Assembly: GCA_951406725.2 (NCBI GenBank)
Contig: OX597818.1
Span: 118,172,001-118,236,000 of the forward strand
Reading direction: 5' to 3'
DNA length: 64,000 nucleotides
DNA from: Octopus vulgaris
Lineage: Eukaryota
The first letter of the stretch is position 1. The number at the start of each line of letters is the position of its first letter. Shown one piece after another: positions 13,304 through 26,678 of the stretch. The translations under genes were made by a program, and so were the position numbers. A model generated the notes under the pieces. The model had not been told where the DNA came from. It was given only the letters and a program-made list of their open reading frames with translations, and made no database searches.

Positions 13304-14303
13304 CTAGAATGGAACATATATATTAATTCAATCTATACTCTTACAAACGCTACACCTTTAAAAAGAAATGGACTTGTTTGATTGGCCCTTTAGAAAAAAC
13401 GGTCAATCTTCGAGCGATAAACACAAAGGTCAAAAATATATGTATATATATATAAAAAACTTATAAAAATTATAAAATCCGAGGAAAAAACCGAGGAAAA
13501 AACCTATTGCCGTTAATGAAGACAGTACAAATTAATGCATAGAAATTAAACCTGTTATAAATACTGCAATACATATTTATATTAAAATCCACATATATAT
13601 ATCAACATACACAAAAGGATGCGCGTAAACGCCATACATACATATACAGACGTATGAATATGAATCTAAATTATACACATAAAGCATGTGTACATATATT
13701 CACGCAAACCGTCTCGCACGCAAGCTAAAATTCATCTATGTAGCAATTCTCATATACTGAGCAAGGAGGGGGAACGAAAGAAAGGGAAAGAGAGAAAAAA
13801 GAAACGAAGGAGGGTGGGGAAAACTTGTAGCGATATTATTGGCATCTATAGAGGCCAGTATACATACACAAGTTTGAATTGATACATATACATACCGTCG
13901 TGTGTATGCGTGCTTAAGCACAAGCATACTTTCACTTACACATACACAGATACGCATGCTTACAAATATATATGCGTTGCTATATACAAACTTATATAAA
14001 CATTCTAAATTTGACAACATTGCTTTTTTTAAAAAAAACATTGCTTTTAAAAAATGGGTGCATTAATAAAAATATATACGAAAGACATATAAAATAAAAT
14101 ATAACATCCTATTTTGGGTCATTTATAAATAATCAAGGTAATATAAATAATCAAGGTAATCTTATGCAATACAATAACATGAAAACAAAGTTTGTAGGTT
14201 TTTCCTAATATATATGTAGAAACAATAAGACTTTGCTATAGGTCCGTCGTAGCGCTCAAGAGTCAAAATCAAAATCAAAAAATCAAAATACAAAATATAT
14301 ACT

Positions 14304-14805
14304 CTATCCATATGGTATATTTATATTCGACATTTTAAATTTAGCCGTGTGCCTACATAAGTTCATTAATTCACTTCTTTGATTCAAAGAATTATTGTCT
14401 TTGAATAATATGTGCATTTTTTCTAATAAGCAGAGCCTGCACTTGAAATTATATTTGTAAGCTCCATGCCTGTATGGTGCCGCCCTGTCCAGAATGCTCC
14501 ATGTCACGTTGAAAGGTGGGGCTTCCTTTTCTTTTAGTTCCCAGACATATTTTGCTAGGCTGGTTTTCTTTCTGTTCTCTGGGTATTTAAAAGAATTCTT
14601 ATGAGAATAAAATCTTGTTTTAAATGAATTTTCTGAAGCCCCTGTGTATGTCTTGTATTCCGATGAGCCTTCCACTTGCACCTTGGCTCTATAAACTACT
14701 CCTTTCACTAGACATTTCCCTTCTAACGGACAGGAGCTTTCGTTTTTGAAATTACATTTCTTAATGGGCTCGGCACCATGTCTAATCTCAATTAGCTTCC
14801 TATTA
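14304..14805 (-). CDS. C-terminal GIY-YIG endonuclease of a Penelope-like element (Hydra-clade-like), 5'-truncated
   Basis: CN..N..SCPLEGKC linker, GVVY..TYTG, FKTRFYSH, CRLCLLEK, LNQRSE and terminal CRH motifs; no internal stops. The first residues of the listed ORF come from the inverted repeat. Confidence 0.85.
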
Positions 14806-14845
14806 TGTCTGATGAACGGCAACGAGAAACTCAGAGTAACAGATT
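14806..14845 (+). ncRNA. Second copy of the same hammerhead in the inverted pseudo-LTR
   Basis: TGT-CTGATGA-ACGGCAACGA-GAAA-CTCAGAG-TA-ACA; stem I is shortened by the inversion junction. Confidence 0.65.
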
Positions 14846-14944
14846 TTGTTGAATTTTCTGCTGCTTAAAATAAAGCATATTACTCTACCACTGGTATTTG
14901 AGTACTCTTTTTTCCACCTTCTTTCACATTTATGTGTTTACTCC

Positions 14945-15003
<59 letters not shown>

Positions 15004-15128
15004 GTATATATATATATATATTTAGAAACATTTTCTCATTCCTTCATTAATAATAGCGCTTTCGTTCGTTTCTCGAACTTTGCTAATAATAACGGAACAA
15101 TAAAAAGATTTTTTCTTATATATATATA

Positions 15129-15163
<35 letters not shown>

Positions 15164-15167
15164 CGTG

Positions 15168-15224
<57 letters not shown>

Positions 15225-15261
15225 ATATACATCTATATGTATGTATGTATGTATATATATG

Positions 15262-15317
<56 letters not shown>

Positions 15318-16082
15318 ATATAAATGTATCTTTGTAAATGTATTCCGACACGCACGCACAGAATCGCACACACACACACATACACACACTCACAGGCACA
15401 CACTCACACACACACACTCATATTTATATATAAAGTGAACGTGTGACAGATTGATATAGAAATGCAGGTAGAAAAACAGAGAGATAAGGAGACAGAGAGA
15501 GTGAAGGATAAGTGCAATCTTCGTAACGTCTACGGATCCGTTGTAGTTTATGTTATTTTATACTCTTATTCGAGTATTCGTTTTTTCGTTTTTTGCTTCT
15601 GATGTTTCGAAGTGCGTGAATGATATAAATTTCATTTTCTACTTGACATGAAATACACTCTATTTTCCTTCAGAACAATACAAATTATACTGTGTTATGA
15701 ATAACAAAATATTGATCTCGCCTTCAGAAATCTAGTTAGTTCTTCGTACAATTATTGTCCAAGAGTATCACTTGGTACCGAATAAAAAATATACGTGATT
15801 TCTACTTACTGTAAATATAAATTTGCTCAGGTTATGCACTCCACGCCTGTTTCTTTTTCTGATTCAAGTTAGCTGAATCAATAATTCAAATAAAAACTGC
15901 CTTTGATTCTGATAGTAGAGTCAATGAGTGAAAATATATACGCGAGCTGGACACATACAACGATAGGAAAAGCTGTACTACTTGATTGCTGTGTAATATC
16001 AGACTGATTCCGATTAAGGTGCAGTTTAACATTACGTTAATCATGTATGCAGAAACATAGTGTTTCGAAATGTGTATATGTA

Positions 16083-16520
16083 AACCTCCTCGAGGAATGC
16101 GCAGATGCAGGCTAGAAAGCAGAGCATTTTCCAATCGAAGTCGGATGTAGAGGGTTTGTGGGACACAGTGTGAGACGACTGTTGTTATCGCTAGGCCTAA
16201 CTCATCGTAAACTCAATACCACCATGACCGATATCCAAACTACTGCGGAGAAGGCTAGCCACTGGATTTGTTAAAAGGAGACGATCTGCGATGGCTAGAA
16301 GAATATTGAGCTTTATTTGATAACCAGCTTATCTAGCAAGCGGGGCCTCATATCAGTGAGTGGGGGGCGGTGCGCATTGATGCCGTCGAGAGGTAGGCCC
16401 CGAAACGGCGCGCATTCTCTCCTGACGACCCCATACACTTGCTGGCTCCCGGTATGCGGAGTTTTTGACTGGTAGCACTTGCAGGTGCAAGTTGCTTGCA
16501 AGAAATCTAAATAAATAATG
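16083..16520 (+). mobile_element. 3' fragment of a HERO-like non-LTR retrotransposon (restriction-like endonuclease C-terminus plus 3' UTR)
   Basis: 16083-16309 reads LLEECADAG*KAEHFPIEVGCRGFVGHSVRRLLLSLG..AEKASHWI/ then KxDDLRWLEE after a frameshift; GC-rich structured UTR and (TAAA)n tail follow. Confidence 0.8.
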
Positions 16521-16699
16521 GAGTGTCCGGTTATTGAATTAGTTCTAAATATTTTCCTCATCAGATGGAACGCAGAATATATTTCGGTCGTAATACGTAG
16601 AAACTCGGTATGTGATTTTTATGCGATATTCAGGAATTCTCAAATTCTTGGGTCATAAATAGATTGCGACACTTCGGACGAAATGTTTTGTCCCTTGTT

Positions 16700-17650
16700 A
16701 TGTTTTGAAAAATGAAGCATAAGAAGAAAATGGACGTAGAAGTCGTGCTTAATGGTGCAGGAAATGATAAAAGTGTACAAAATGATAAATGTGTACAAAA
16801 CGATGAAAGTGTAGCAAGCGAAAATGATACAGTAGGAGGCGAAACGGAGGATCCGCGACACGGGCAAATGAAGGAAAAGAGAAATGATATTGGACCAAAC
16901 AGTTTCCTCGCCATGTTAACATATCAAGCAGCGCAGGAGTGGCTGTGTGGTGAGTAGCTTGCTTACCAAGAACATGGTTCCGGGTTCAGTCCCACAGCAT
17001 GGCAACTTGGGCAAGTGACTTCTACTATAGCCTCGGGCGGACCAAAGTCTTGTGAATGGATTTGGTAGACTGAAACTGAACGAAGCCCGTCGTATATATA
17101 TATATATATATATGCATTCATACATACATACATACATGCATATATATATATGTATGTATGTATATGTTTGTGTAGCTGTGTTTGTCCCCCCAACATCGCT
17201 TGACAACCGATGCTGGTGTGTGTGCGTCTCCGTAACTTATCGGTTCGGCAAGAGAAACCGATAGAATAAGTACTAGGTTTACAAAGAATAAGTCCTGGGT
17301 CGATTTGCTCGACTAAAGGCGTTGCTCCAGTATGGCAGCAGTCAAATGACTAAAACAAATAAAAGTATAAAAGAATAAAACAAATATCCGATTACCCGAT
17401 AGGCAAAAATATAGGTTTGGTTTTCTGTAAACCAGTCTGTCTTTGACCGGAAAAGAAACCATCTCAAGAGTAGCAATTCTTACCTTCGCCAATAAACCTA
17501 GAAACTTGCAAACAACATTCATACCAATAATATCACAGACAGACTGAGATGCTCGTATATGCAAAATCGTTTGCAGGAGGTCGTTATCACAAAGAAAATG
17601 AAAGCCATGCTTTCAGATCCTTGGCGCTTACTTGCACATTTGCCGATATT
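16700..17650 (+). pseudogene. Possible highly degraded R4/Dong-like ORF fragments split by a SINE
   Basis: Acidic low-complexity stretch at 16712-16915 and an NIHTNNITD..VYA..PW-like remnant at 17510-17625; similarity is weak. Confidence 0.3.
16931..17380 (+). mobile_element. SINE family A, full-length
   Basis: Head, internal microsatellite and tail all present. Confidence 0.9.
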
Positions 17651-17843
17651 CAAGTGAAATCATATCAAACAGAATTTAAATCTAGATAGAAATGTATTTA
17701 AAACATATTTTGCAAACGGATTCTTCATTATTCACATATATCATAGCGGTTCTTGTGGAATTAAACAGACTTGAAATGAAATGCGTGTGCATAGACAAGG
17801 TAAACACTTTTTCAAATGTGGATAACATGTATCGTGTTGAGCA

Positions 17844-18420
17844 AAGGCGGCGAGCTGGCTGAAGCGTTAGCACGCAGGGCGAAATGTGTAGTCTTGTTTC
17901 GTCTGCCGTTACGTTCTGAGTTCAAATTCCGCCGAGGTCGACATTGCCTTTCATCCTTTCGGAGTCGATAAATTAAGTATCAGTTATGCACTTGAGTCGA
18001 TATAATCGACTTGATCCGTTTGTCTGTCCTTGTTTGTTCCCTCTGTGTTTAGCCCCTTGTGGGTAGTAAAGAAATAGTTATTTCATCTGTTTTTGCGTTC
18101 TTATTTCAAATTCCGCCGAGGTCGACTTTGCCTTTCATCCTTTCGGGGTCGAGTAAATAAGTACCAGTTACGCACTGGGGTCGATGTAATCGACTTAATC
18201 TGTTTGTCTGTCCTTGTTTGTACCCTCTGTGTTTAGCCCCTTGTGGGTAGTAAAGAAATAGGTATTTCGTCTGTCTTTATGTTCTGAGTTCAAATCCTGT
18301 CGTGGTCGACTCTGCCTTTCATCCTTTCGGAGTCCATGAATTAAATACTAGTTACGCATTGGGGTCAATATAATCGATTGGCTCCATTTCCCAAAACTTC
18401 GGGCCTTGTGCCAAGAGTCG
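17844..18420 (+). mobile_element. SINE family B with three tandem internal units
   Basis: AAGGCGGCGAGCTGGC head; GTTCAAATTCCGCCGAGGTCGAC..GCCTTTCATCCTTTCGG repeated three times. Confidence 0.85.
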
Positions 18421-21237
18421 AAAAGATTCTGTGTTGAGCAGGTATAAAAGACAAAAAGTTTGTTTATATGGTAATCAGACATGTCAAAGAGGTGGTCAAT
18501 TGTCCTGTTGACAGTGCAGAGGACAAAGGCCGAGTAGATATATGCTGAAGTCACCACTATTTCCATGACAAATTTTACTGAAGAAGAGGGCACTTCAGAT
18601 TTTGTATACGACGTATTAAATTAATAGAAGCAGTTGATAATTTGACATAACTCTAACTGCAATTTCGTACTAAAGGTAGTTGTGACATTCTTCGTATTGG
18701 GAGTTGATAAGATGAAAGAGGTGTCTAGATCTAATTGATATAAAACCAACATGTTTATATATGTTTATGAAAAGAAATACTAGAATTGTTATGGAATTAC
18801 AGTTTTGTATATGGAAGTTGCATAGTGATCTGGAGTTGAATTCGAGAGTGGTATCCGCATTGTTCGTTTGTATATAGGACAGGAGACTAAAAGTAGAATT
18901 CATAACATGAGCCTGACAGAGAGCTAGATATAAAGAATATCGACAGAGTTGTGTTGAAGAATGTGCCGCGTGATAGTGCAAAACAATGTTATTTAACCAG
19001 CCTTGAAAATTTGAGAAATTGAATGATTGGGAAATATTGGCGTTTCCAGCTGGAATGGATGGACGGTGGAAGGTAAACACTATACATTTTTGATGATGAA
19101 TCTGATTTGACGGGTTATATTTTATTTTATTACCACCCTAACATCGACTAATGCAATTTATACATTTCGTTGCAAATGTGAAAGTTGCAAACTTTACGAT
19201 TTTAACTGCTACAAAGGCGAAAGAATTAGATCAACCTCGAAGGGAGTTTATTAATAATTGAAAGCAACAAACAGCATCACACGGTGGTGCTCAAAAAGCT
19301 ATTTCCCATGTAATTATAGGATGAATTATTGAATGAATATCGCAACAGAAGGGTACAGTTAACACACCTCTCACACTCTACAAATGGCAGGATTGTTTGT
19401 ATAAACACAGGTCATCCTCCATAAATTAAAAAGGCTCGAAACGCAGCACATCCTGTAGATTGTGCAGAGATAACGTGGTTACGCTAATGAAAATGAAATT
19501 AGCAATTTTATTTTTACTCACGAACAGAAAATAAGTGATACACTGATAAGGAGCAAAGCCAACTATACTAAAAGAAAACAGTAGATCGAAAATCATTTGA
19601 AATTTTAATATATCATATTTAAAAATAACGACATTCCCCATAAATAGATACTTTGTGTAACTGAATCAGTATTCTATCATACCGGACCAATTTCAAGATC
19701 AAATTTATAAATAATAATAACTCCAATGGAAGGTAATATACTCTTTGAATTTTTCTACACGTATTCTCTAAATCTTTTCACACAGAGTGTTTCTTTGCGA
19801 CATCAGAGTTTGTATTTTTACGTTATTTCAATCAAATCTCTCATGCCCGCTTACTGTCAGGTTTTATCTCTGTTCTATATAGGAAAATAGCTGCAACGCT
19901 AACCTTTTGATGAAAATAGATTCTTTGGTTCTTTGTATAAAATATCGGTTGTACTTTACGTTTTGCAAATTTGAAATTGGATTCAGTTTAACTGTCAGAT
20001 TCCGATCAGCCCTTGATGAATACTTCACCGACTTTGTTTTATCATGACACTCATTGACGACGCATCTGCATAAAGCCACAATAAATTAGTACCTGGGGGT
20101 TAGTTTTGTATTATTAATCAACATAGACTTTCTGATAAAAATGGTGTGCTAGCTTCGGTTTTCCTTTACATTTTATCTATTTCAAATTGGATTTTGTTGG
20201 ACAAGTCAGTTTGATATCAGACCTTGATAAATGCTGTAGCGAAGTTGGTTTTATCAGCACACTCTTATTCGTACCGCATCAAATTTTAACCACAATAATT
20301 TAACACTTGGCGATTGTTTTGTATGATTGATCCAGTATATTTATACTAAGATTTTTATCAACAATGTTATAATAAATCTCTTTTATAAATATACCTTTGA
20401 CGGAGACTCTAAGTTTGAATAGAAAAACAATAATAGTTTTCTTATAATTTACAAAGCTTCCCACCGTACTTTATATATTTCGAACAGAATTCTGTTTGAT
20501 AACCAATTTTCTTGCAACTCCTGAATACAAGAGTTAATTAGATCTCATCCGTATACTTCAGTTCAAAAATTCCAACTTCATATTCTTAGAAGTTCATTTC
20601 CAGAATAATATAAAAGTTGAACTTGCAATATATAAATTCTAAAATTTCTGCATAAATCTGCATTTCGATTGAAATTTCATGGAAACCAGCTATTTCGTCT
20701 CTATTGTGTGTACATTTAAACTACAGACTATACAAGTATCAAATACTGAGATTTACAATGAAACCATTCCTTCCAAACTAACATAAAACAATTAATACAT
20801 TTAATAGTATCAAAAATTCGTCCATGAAACAAAACAATATTACAACAGCCAAAAATAACTTAGAAAGAAAGAAAATAATGATTGAATTTATGAATGATAT
20901 AAACCTCAAAACTCGAAAGTTCAGAAAGCCAGTTTATTACAGACACAGAGGCTGAGAGTTGAAAAGGGAAACTAGATATTACATATACACATAAGACGCA
21001 CAAAATGTCACACTTCGAAAACGTAATTCATCTATGAATCTATCATTGTGAAATAAATAAAAGGAAGACGTCCGTGTGTAACCAAGACACGCCTCTGAAT
21101 AATTTACGAAGGAAACAGCTGAGTATTCCTGCAGCATTTCGCCAAATCCATGAAATAAATAATCTACAAAATATAATGTATTAAGAGAGCATGTTGTAAC
21201 AAACATATATACACACGTGCATGCATATATACACATG

Positions 21238-21319
<82 letters not shown>

Positions 21320-21376
21320 CATGTATAAGCCTATACATATTCACACTCATTTTCTTTGTCAATGCGGGACAAACCG

Positions 21377-21446
<70 letters not shown>

Positions 21447-22149
21447 TAGTGTCATCAAAACGTGTTTCCTCAAACCTTTAGGGTGGAGATCTTCTTGCCA
21501 AGGGGAGCCCAACGCACTATGATCCAAAATCCTCCTGCCGCTGCACTACCTGGATGGACATGCAAGTTGTGGAAGACAGGCTGCAACAGAATGACGTTAG
21601 TTCCTATGTCATTAGATCTGCGTATTTCTAACCTGTCCATCTAATATTGCCCTATTTCGCTAGGATCAATCGTTGAGTTCGGAGAAGTAGCTTCCTCCAC
21701 TTCATCTGCCATTGGGGTCTTAGATTGGTGTGTTGAGATAAAAGGACAGCGCCCCTGTGCTCTTGCGTGAACAGATTTTGTTTTTCTTTCTGATGGGTGC
21801 CCTCACACGATCCTCCAAGATCGAGCAAGCTCAACCAAGATGGACGCCAGATTAGTCCCCGACCACCCGACTATGATTGCGAAGAGCGGTTTTACAGGAA
21901 GAACTTGTCTCCAGAAAGAAACCTCAGCACCACACACACACACACATACACACACACACACACACACAGACACACTCACAAGCAAAGTCAAACCTAAACA
22001 CACATATATGTATACGTATACATGTATGATATACAAATGAGAGGGATGACCACTATGTGGACAACCCTTATGCTAGAAGTAGATCCGGTATGGCCTTACC
22101 ACTAAGAACTTTTCTCAAGAAAAATTTAGCAATCACCATGTATGTATAT

Positions 22150-22310
22150 TACGACGGCTTCTTTTAGTTTCCGTCTACCAAATTCATTCAGGAGGCTTAG
22201 GTCAGTCTGTTACAGTAGAAGACATTTGACGAAAGGTGCCACACACTGAGGCTGAACCCAGAACCATGTAATTGAGAAACGAGCTTCTTACCAGACAGAA
22301 ACACCTCAAG
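22150..22310 (-). mobile_element. SINE family A, diverged 5' half
   Basis: ACGACGGCTTCTTTTAGTTTCCGTCTACCAAAT..GAACCCAGAACCATGT. Confidence 0.7.
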
Positions 22311-22428
22311 AACATGCATGGTTGCCAATAATCAATCATATACATTTCAATTTAACGAACTATATTTCAGGTATTCATTGAGGGAAATATTCATCGTCTA
22401 AAGCGACGTAAAACCCATAATATACGCA

Positions 22429-22484
<56 letters not shown>

Positions 22485-23357
22485 TATATATAAATACACA
22501 CATGCGAATATATATAGATATATGTCTGCATGTATGTATGAATGTATGTAGGTAGGTACGTTGGTAGGTATGTATATACGTATATACGTATATGCGTGCG
22601 TATTTGCATGTGCCTCTATGCGAGGATATGATACATTGAGGGTATTATTGCTTGATTGAATATAAAAGAAAGCACATGTTTACATAATTTGCGCTAGATT
22701 ATGAGATTGAAATCATGAAATGACATAAAAATTTCACTGCTGAAAAGCATTTATAAAAATTTTGATAGTCTATGAAGCTGAAAGATAAATTGTCACCACA
22801 GGAAAAGGAGAGAAAAGATTGCTAATACGAAAACTTATTAGCCCGCGAAAAAATGATTTCAACTAATTCACTCTTGGTTTTTTTAGCGAATAAAGTCGTC
22901 TTAAATATTATAAGCTTAATTTATAATCGGGAATTCGTAATCTAGGATCTTCACAGGCGCCAGAAGCTAAAATTAGATACAAAAGTATGTAGAGAGAGGA
23001 TTCATAATTAAAATCGTCTTAATGTCAGTTTTGTTCGAGTGTAAATTTTGTGACAAAATAAAATAGCTCTGGTAAAGAAAACAGATTATATGCACTTCCC
23101 CTACCCACACAACAACAAAAACACGACTGAAGCTGACAAAAAATAGCTTTGAAAAGAGAATGTTTAAAAAACAAATATTGAAAAGTGATATTCTAATGGA
23201 TGTTTATTTAAAGTTTATGTTACTTCAACATATACATTTTTAAGGGAGGAAATTTTGTTTAATAAGTTTAAAAGAGGTCAGAAGGAAGGAAATTATATCA
23301 GTGTATATCACATACAAACACAAACACACACGTACATACGGATATGTGCGTACAATG

Positions 23358-23429
<72 letters not shown>

Positions 23430-23440
23430 CATATATATAC

Positions 23441-23474
<34 letters not shown>

Positions 23475-23560
23475 CACCTATATATTCTTGTATATAGATA
23501 CACAAACGTATATATATATCTATATATATATATAGAGAGAGAGATCTACATATATATATA

Positions 23561-23618
<58 letters not shown>

Positions 23619-24720
23619 TCTACATATATATATATATATATATATATTTAGATATATATACATACATATATATATTTGTATATAGATACAAACACGTATA
23701 TATATAATAAAAACGGAAATACAAAGAGCTACGTATCATAGCGCTTGAAACCCACGATGAGAGGTATTCATTACGTCAGCCGGGCTGTTCTGAGGAATAT
23801 CCTTGATGAGAATATAAAACTCTGAGCAATGAAATGCTTGAACTATAAACCTGCATTCTCTGTTTTTATTCTTTATTGTTATTTAGTTATTCATATCTAT
23901 TTTCGCTTTTCTCTTACGACGAGGATACGTGCCCCACGATGATTGTACTTCAGAGACACGCACTCTCACAAACACACACATAAACACGCTCTCACACTCT
24001 CAAACACACACACATCTATACATATACATATATATGCGCTTGTACATATGTTCTTACGTATATGAATGTGTGGCAGTGTTTCTGTGTGTGTCTGTGTGTG
24101 TTTCGAGTTGCAATAAATACTTAGATCAAAAGTTTGGCCGTGTAAAATTATTCTTAAATATTCAAAATTTAACCTCGTTCTAGTTTTCGAATTTCGTTGA
24201 TAAATTTATAAGCTCTTAAGGAATTTGGTTCAGAAATATAAAACAAACAGAAATTCACAATGGAAAGGGAGAATAACATTCGTAAATTTACTGAACAGAA
24301 TCGACAAATATATTCCAGTATAATATACAGATTCGTTTCAAGAAACTGTGAGGGCTCTCTCCCTCTCTTTCTCTCTGTCTCTCGCTGTGCCTGTATGTGT
24401 GCGTGTCTTTATATGTGTTTTTGTTTTCTAAACAATTTCATTAATTCAAACTCTGAATAACGTAATAAAGATGACCTTCATTTCTTTAATTACAAGTTGC
24501 GATATTTTATATACAAAACTTGAAATTTTCAAGGATGTGTTATATTAATACATACATATATGCATGTGTATCCACGAATATCTATCTCTCTTCATCACTA
24601 CCACTCATTCTCTCTCTCAATCTTTCTACTTGTAAGCATGTATACATATATAGACATGCACATACATATACATGCACACGCTCTTATATATATATATATA
24701 TATATGTAAATATTTATATA

Positions 24721-25050
24721 GGCGTAGGAGTAGCTGTGTGGTAAGTAGCTTACTTACGAACCACATGGTTCCGGGTCCAGTCCTATTGCATGGCAACTTG
24801 GGCAAGTGTCATCTACTATAGCCTTGTGAGTGGATTTGGTAGACAAAAACCCGTCTTATTTATATATGTATATATGTTTGTGTGTCTGTGTTTGTCAACC
24901 GATGCTGGTGTGTTTACGTCCCCGTAAATTAGCGGTTCGGCAAGATAGAATAGGTACTAGGTTTACAAAAAATAAGATTTACTCGACTAAATGCGGTGCT
25001 CCAGCATGGCCATAGTCAAATGACTGAAACAAGTAAAAGAGAGTAAAGAG
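24721..25050 (+). mobile_element. SINE family A with several internal deletions
   Basis: Head and tail intact; short internal segments missing relative to the other copies. Confidence 0.85.
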
Positions 25051-25384
25051 TATATTCTCCTTTGAGTATTACAACAATTATTTCCCGCAGGCTGGATACT
25101 CTACCAGAAACAGAGGACTTTTAAACATTCTTGTGAAGCTTTTAGTATTTTCTTGCCCTTTTTCACAGTTCTCAGAATTTCAAATTTCAGTTTAAACCGT
25201 ACTTACTGCATATGAAGTTATACACGGCTGCTACGAACTCTTACACACTCACATCAACAGAGAATTTTACATTGTAGTCGTCCTTTCCATCTTCTCGTAA
25301 ATCACTCAGCTTCGCTCTCCTCTTCCACACCACATCTCTAAAAATAGCATAGGTACACTAGCAATCACTACCGTACTAACAATT

Positions 25385-25800
25385 ACTCTTACTCTTTTAC
25401 TCTCTTTTACTTGTTTCAGTCATTTGACTGCGGCCATGCTGGAGCACCGCCTTTAGTCGAGCAAATCGACCCCGGGACTTATTCTTTGTAAGCCCAGTAC
25501 TTATTCTGTCGGTCTCTTTTGCCGAACCGCTAAATGACGGGGACGTAAACACACCAACATCGGTTGTCAAGCAATGCTAGGGGGACAAACACAGACACAC
25601 AAACATATATAGACACATACATATATATATGTACATATATACGACAGGCTTCTTTCAGTTTCCGTCTACCAAATCCACTCACAAGGCATTGGTCGGCCCG
25701 GGGCTATAGCAGAAGACACTTGCCCAAAATGCCACGGACTGAACCCTGAACCATGTGGTTGGTAAGCAAGCTACTTACCACAAAGCCACTCCTGCGCCTA
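25385..25800 (-). mobile_element. SINE family A, full-length
   Basis: Close reverse-complement match to the family. Confidence 0.9.
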
Positions 25801-25829
25801 TAATTGCCAGTATACGTTTGAATACCTCA

Positions 25830-26150
25830 ATACACAGACATGTAGCAAACTTGCTCTTATACTACATGTGGCAACATCTATACTCAGAAAAAACATTTAT
25901 ATTTTTCTACACTCAAGTCACTTCTATCCGAAAACACGGCATTCTCATCTACTTTCGGACAATGTACTCGTTTTGGTTTACGTTTTCCAGTTTCTCATTT
26001 GCTCTGTACATCCGTTTGTTTTTCTTCTGCTAATTGGCTAACGCCCGAAACGTTACCTCGTGTTTTCTTTCCATTCAAGCTTCAAGCTAATATTTTATAA
26101 TATTTTATCCCTTACAATTTCTTCCAACTGCGTTGTCTTCTTTTTTCTTA
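25830..26150 (+). mobile_element. Possible decayed Penelope-like 3' end
   Basis: SEKTFIF-like remnant, a pyrimidine-rich tract, then GGCTAACGCCCGAAACGTTA resembling the 3' half of an HHR; the CTGANGA box is not intact. Confidence 0.35.
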
Positions 26151-26167
26151 GTTGTACCTGCTCTTAG

Positions 26168-26222
<55 letters not shown>

Positions 26223-26456
26223 TATATGTATGTATCTATCTATCTATCTAGAAATGATGGGGAGAAAACAGTATAGAGTCGCATCAAAGAGGTCGTTCTT
26301 TGTATATTTTTTCTATTACTTTTCTTTTCCATTTTTTTCTGTCGTTATTTTCGTATCTAACTCATTTGTTTTCCTATTTTATACTGTTTACTGTTGGTGA
26401 CGTCTCGTACGCATATATGCACATATATATATATGTATATATTTATATGTGCATAT

Positions 26457-26523
<67 letters not shown>

Positions 26524-26616
26524 CATAGATAGATACATAGATAGATAGATAGACAGATAGATAGATATATATTATTTTATTATTTAATTGAACGTTACGC
26601 ATCCATTTCCAAGTAA

Positions 26617-26678
<62 letters not shown>

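Larger units (their letters stand above)
13227..14946 (-). mobile_element. 5'-truncated Penelope-like retroelement with inverted pseudo-LTR, inserted in (TA)n
   Basis: Identical 70 bp inverted repeats at 13227-13296 and 14806-14875, a 71 nt tail at 14876-14946, an HHR in the repeat, a GIY-YIG ORF and a ~1 kb 3' UTR. Confidence 0.9.

Noticed and set aside
13227-14875. DNA transposon with TIRs
   Set aside because: The repeats contain a hammerhead, one arm has an asymmetric tail, and the ORF is a GIY-YIG rather than a DDE transposase, which fits a Penelope-like inversion.
18420-19080. Coding-like purine-rich stretch and a 136 aa minus-strand ORF
   Set aside because: Plus-strand frames are interrupted and no motif is recognisable on either strand.
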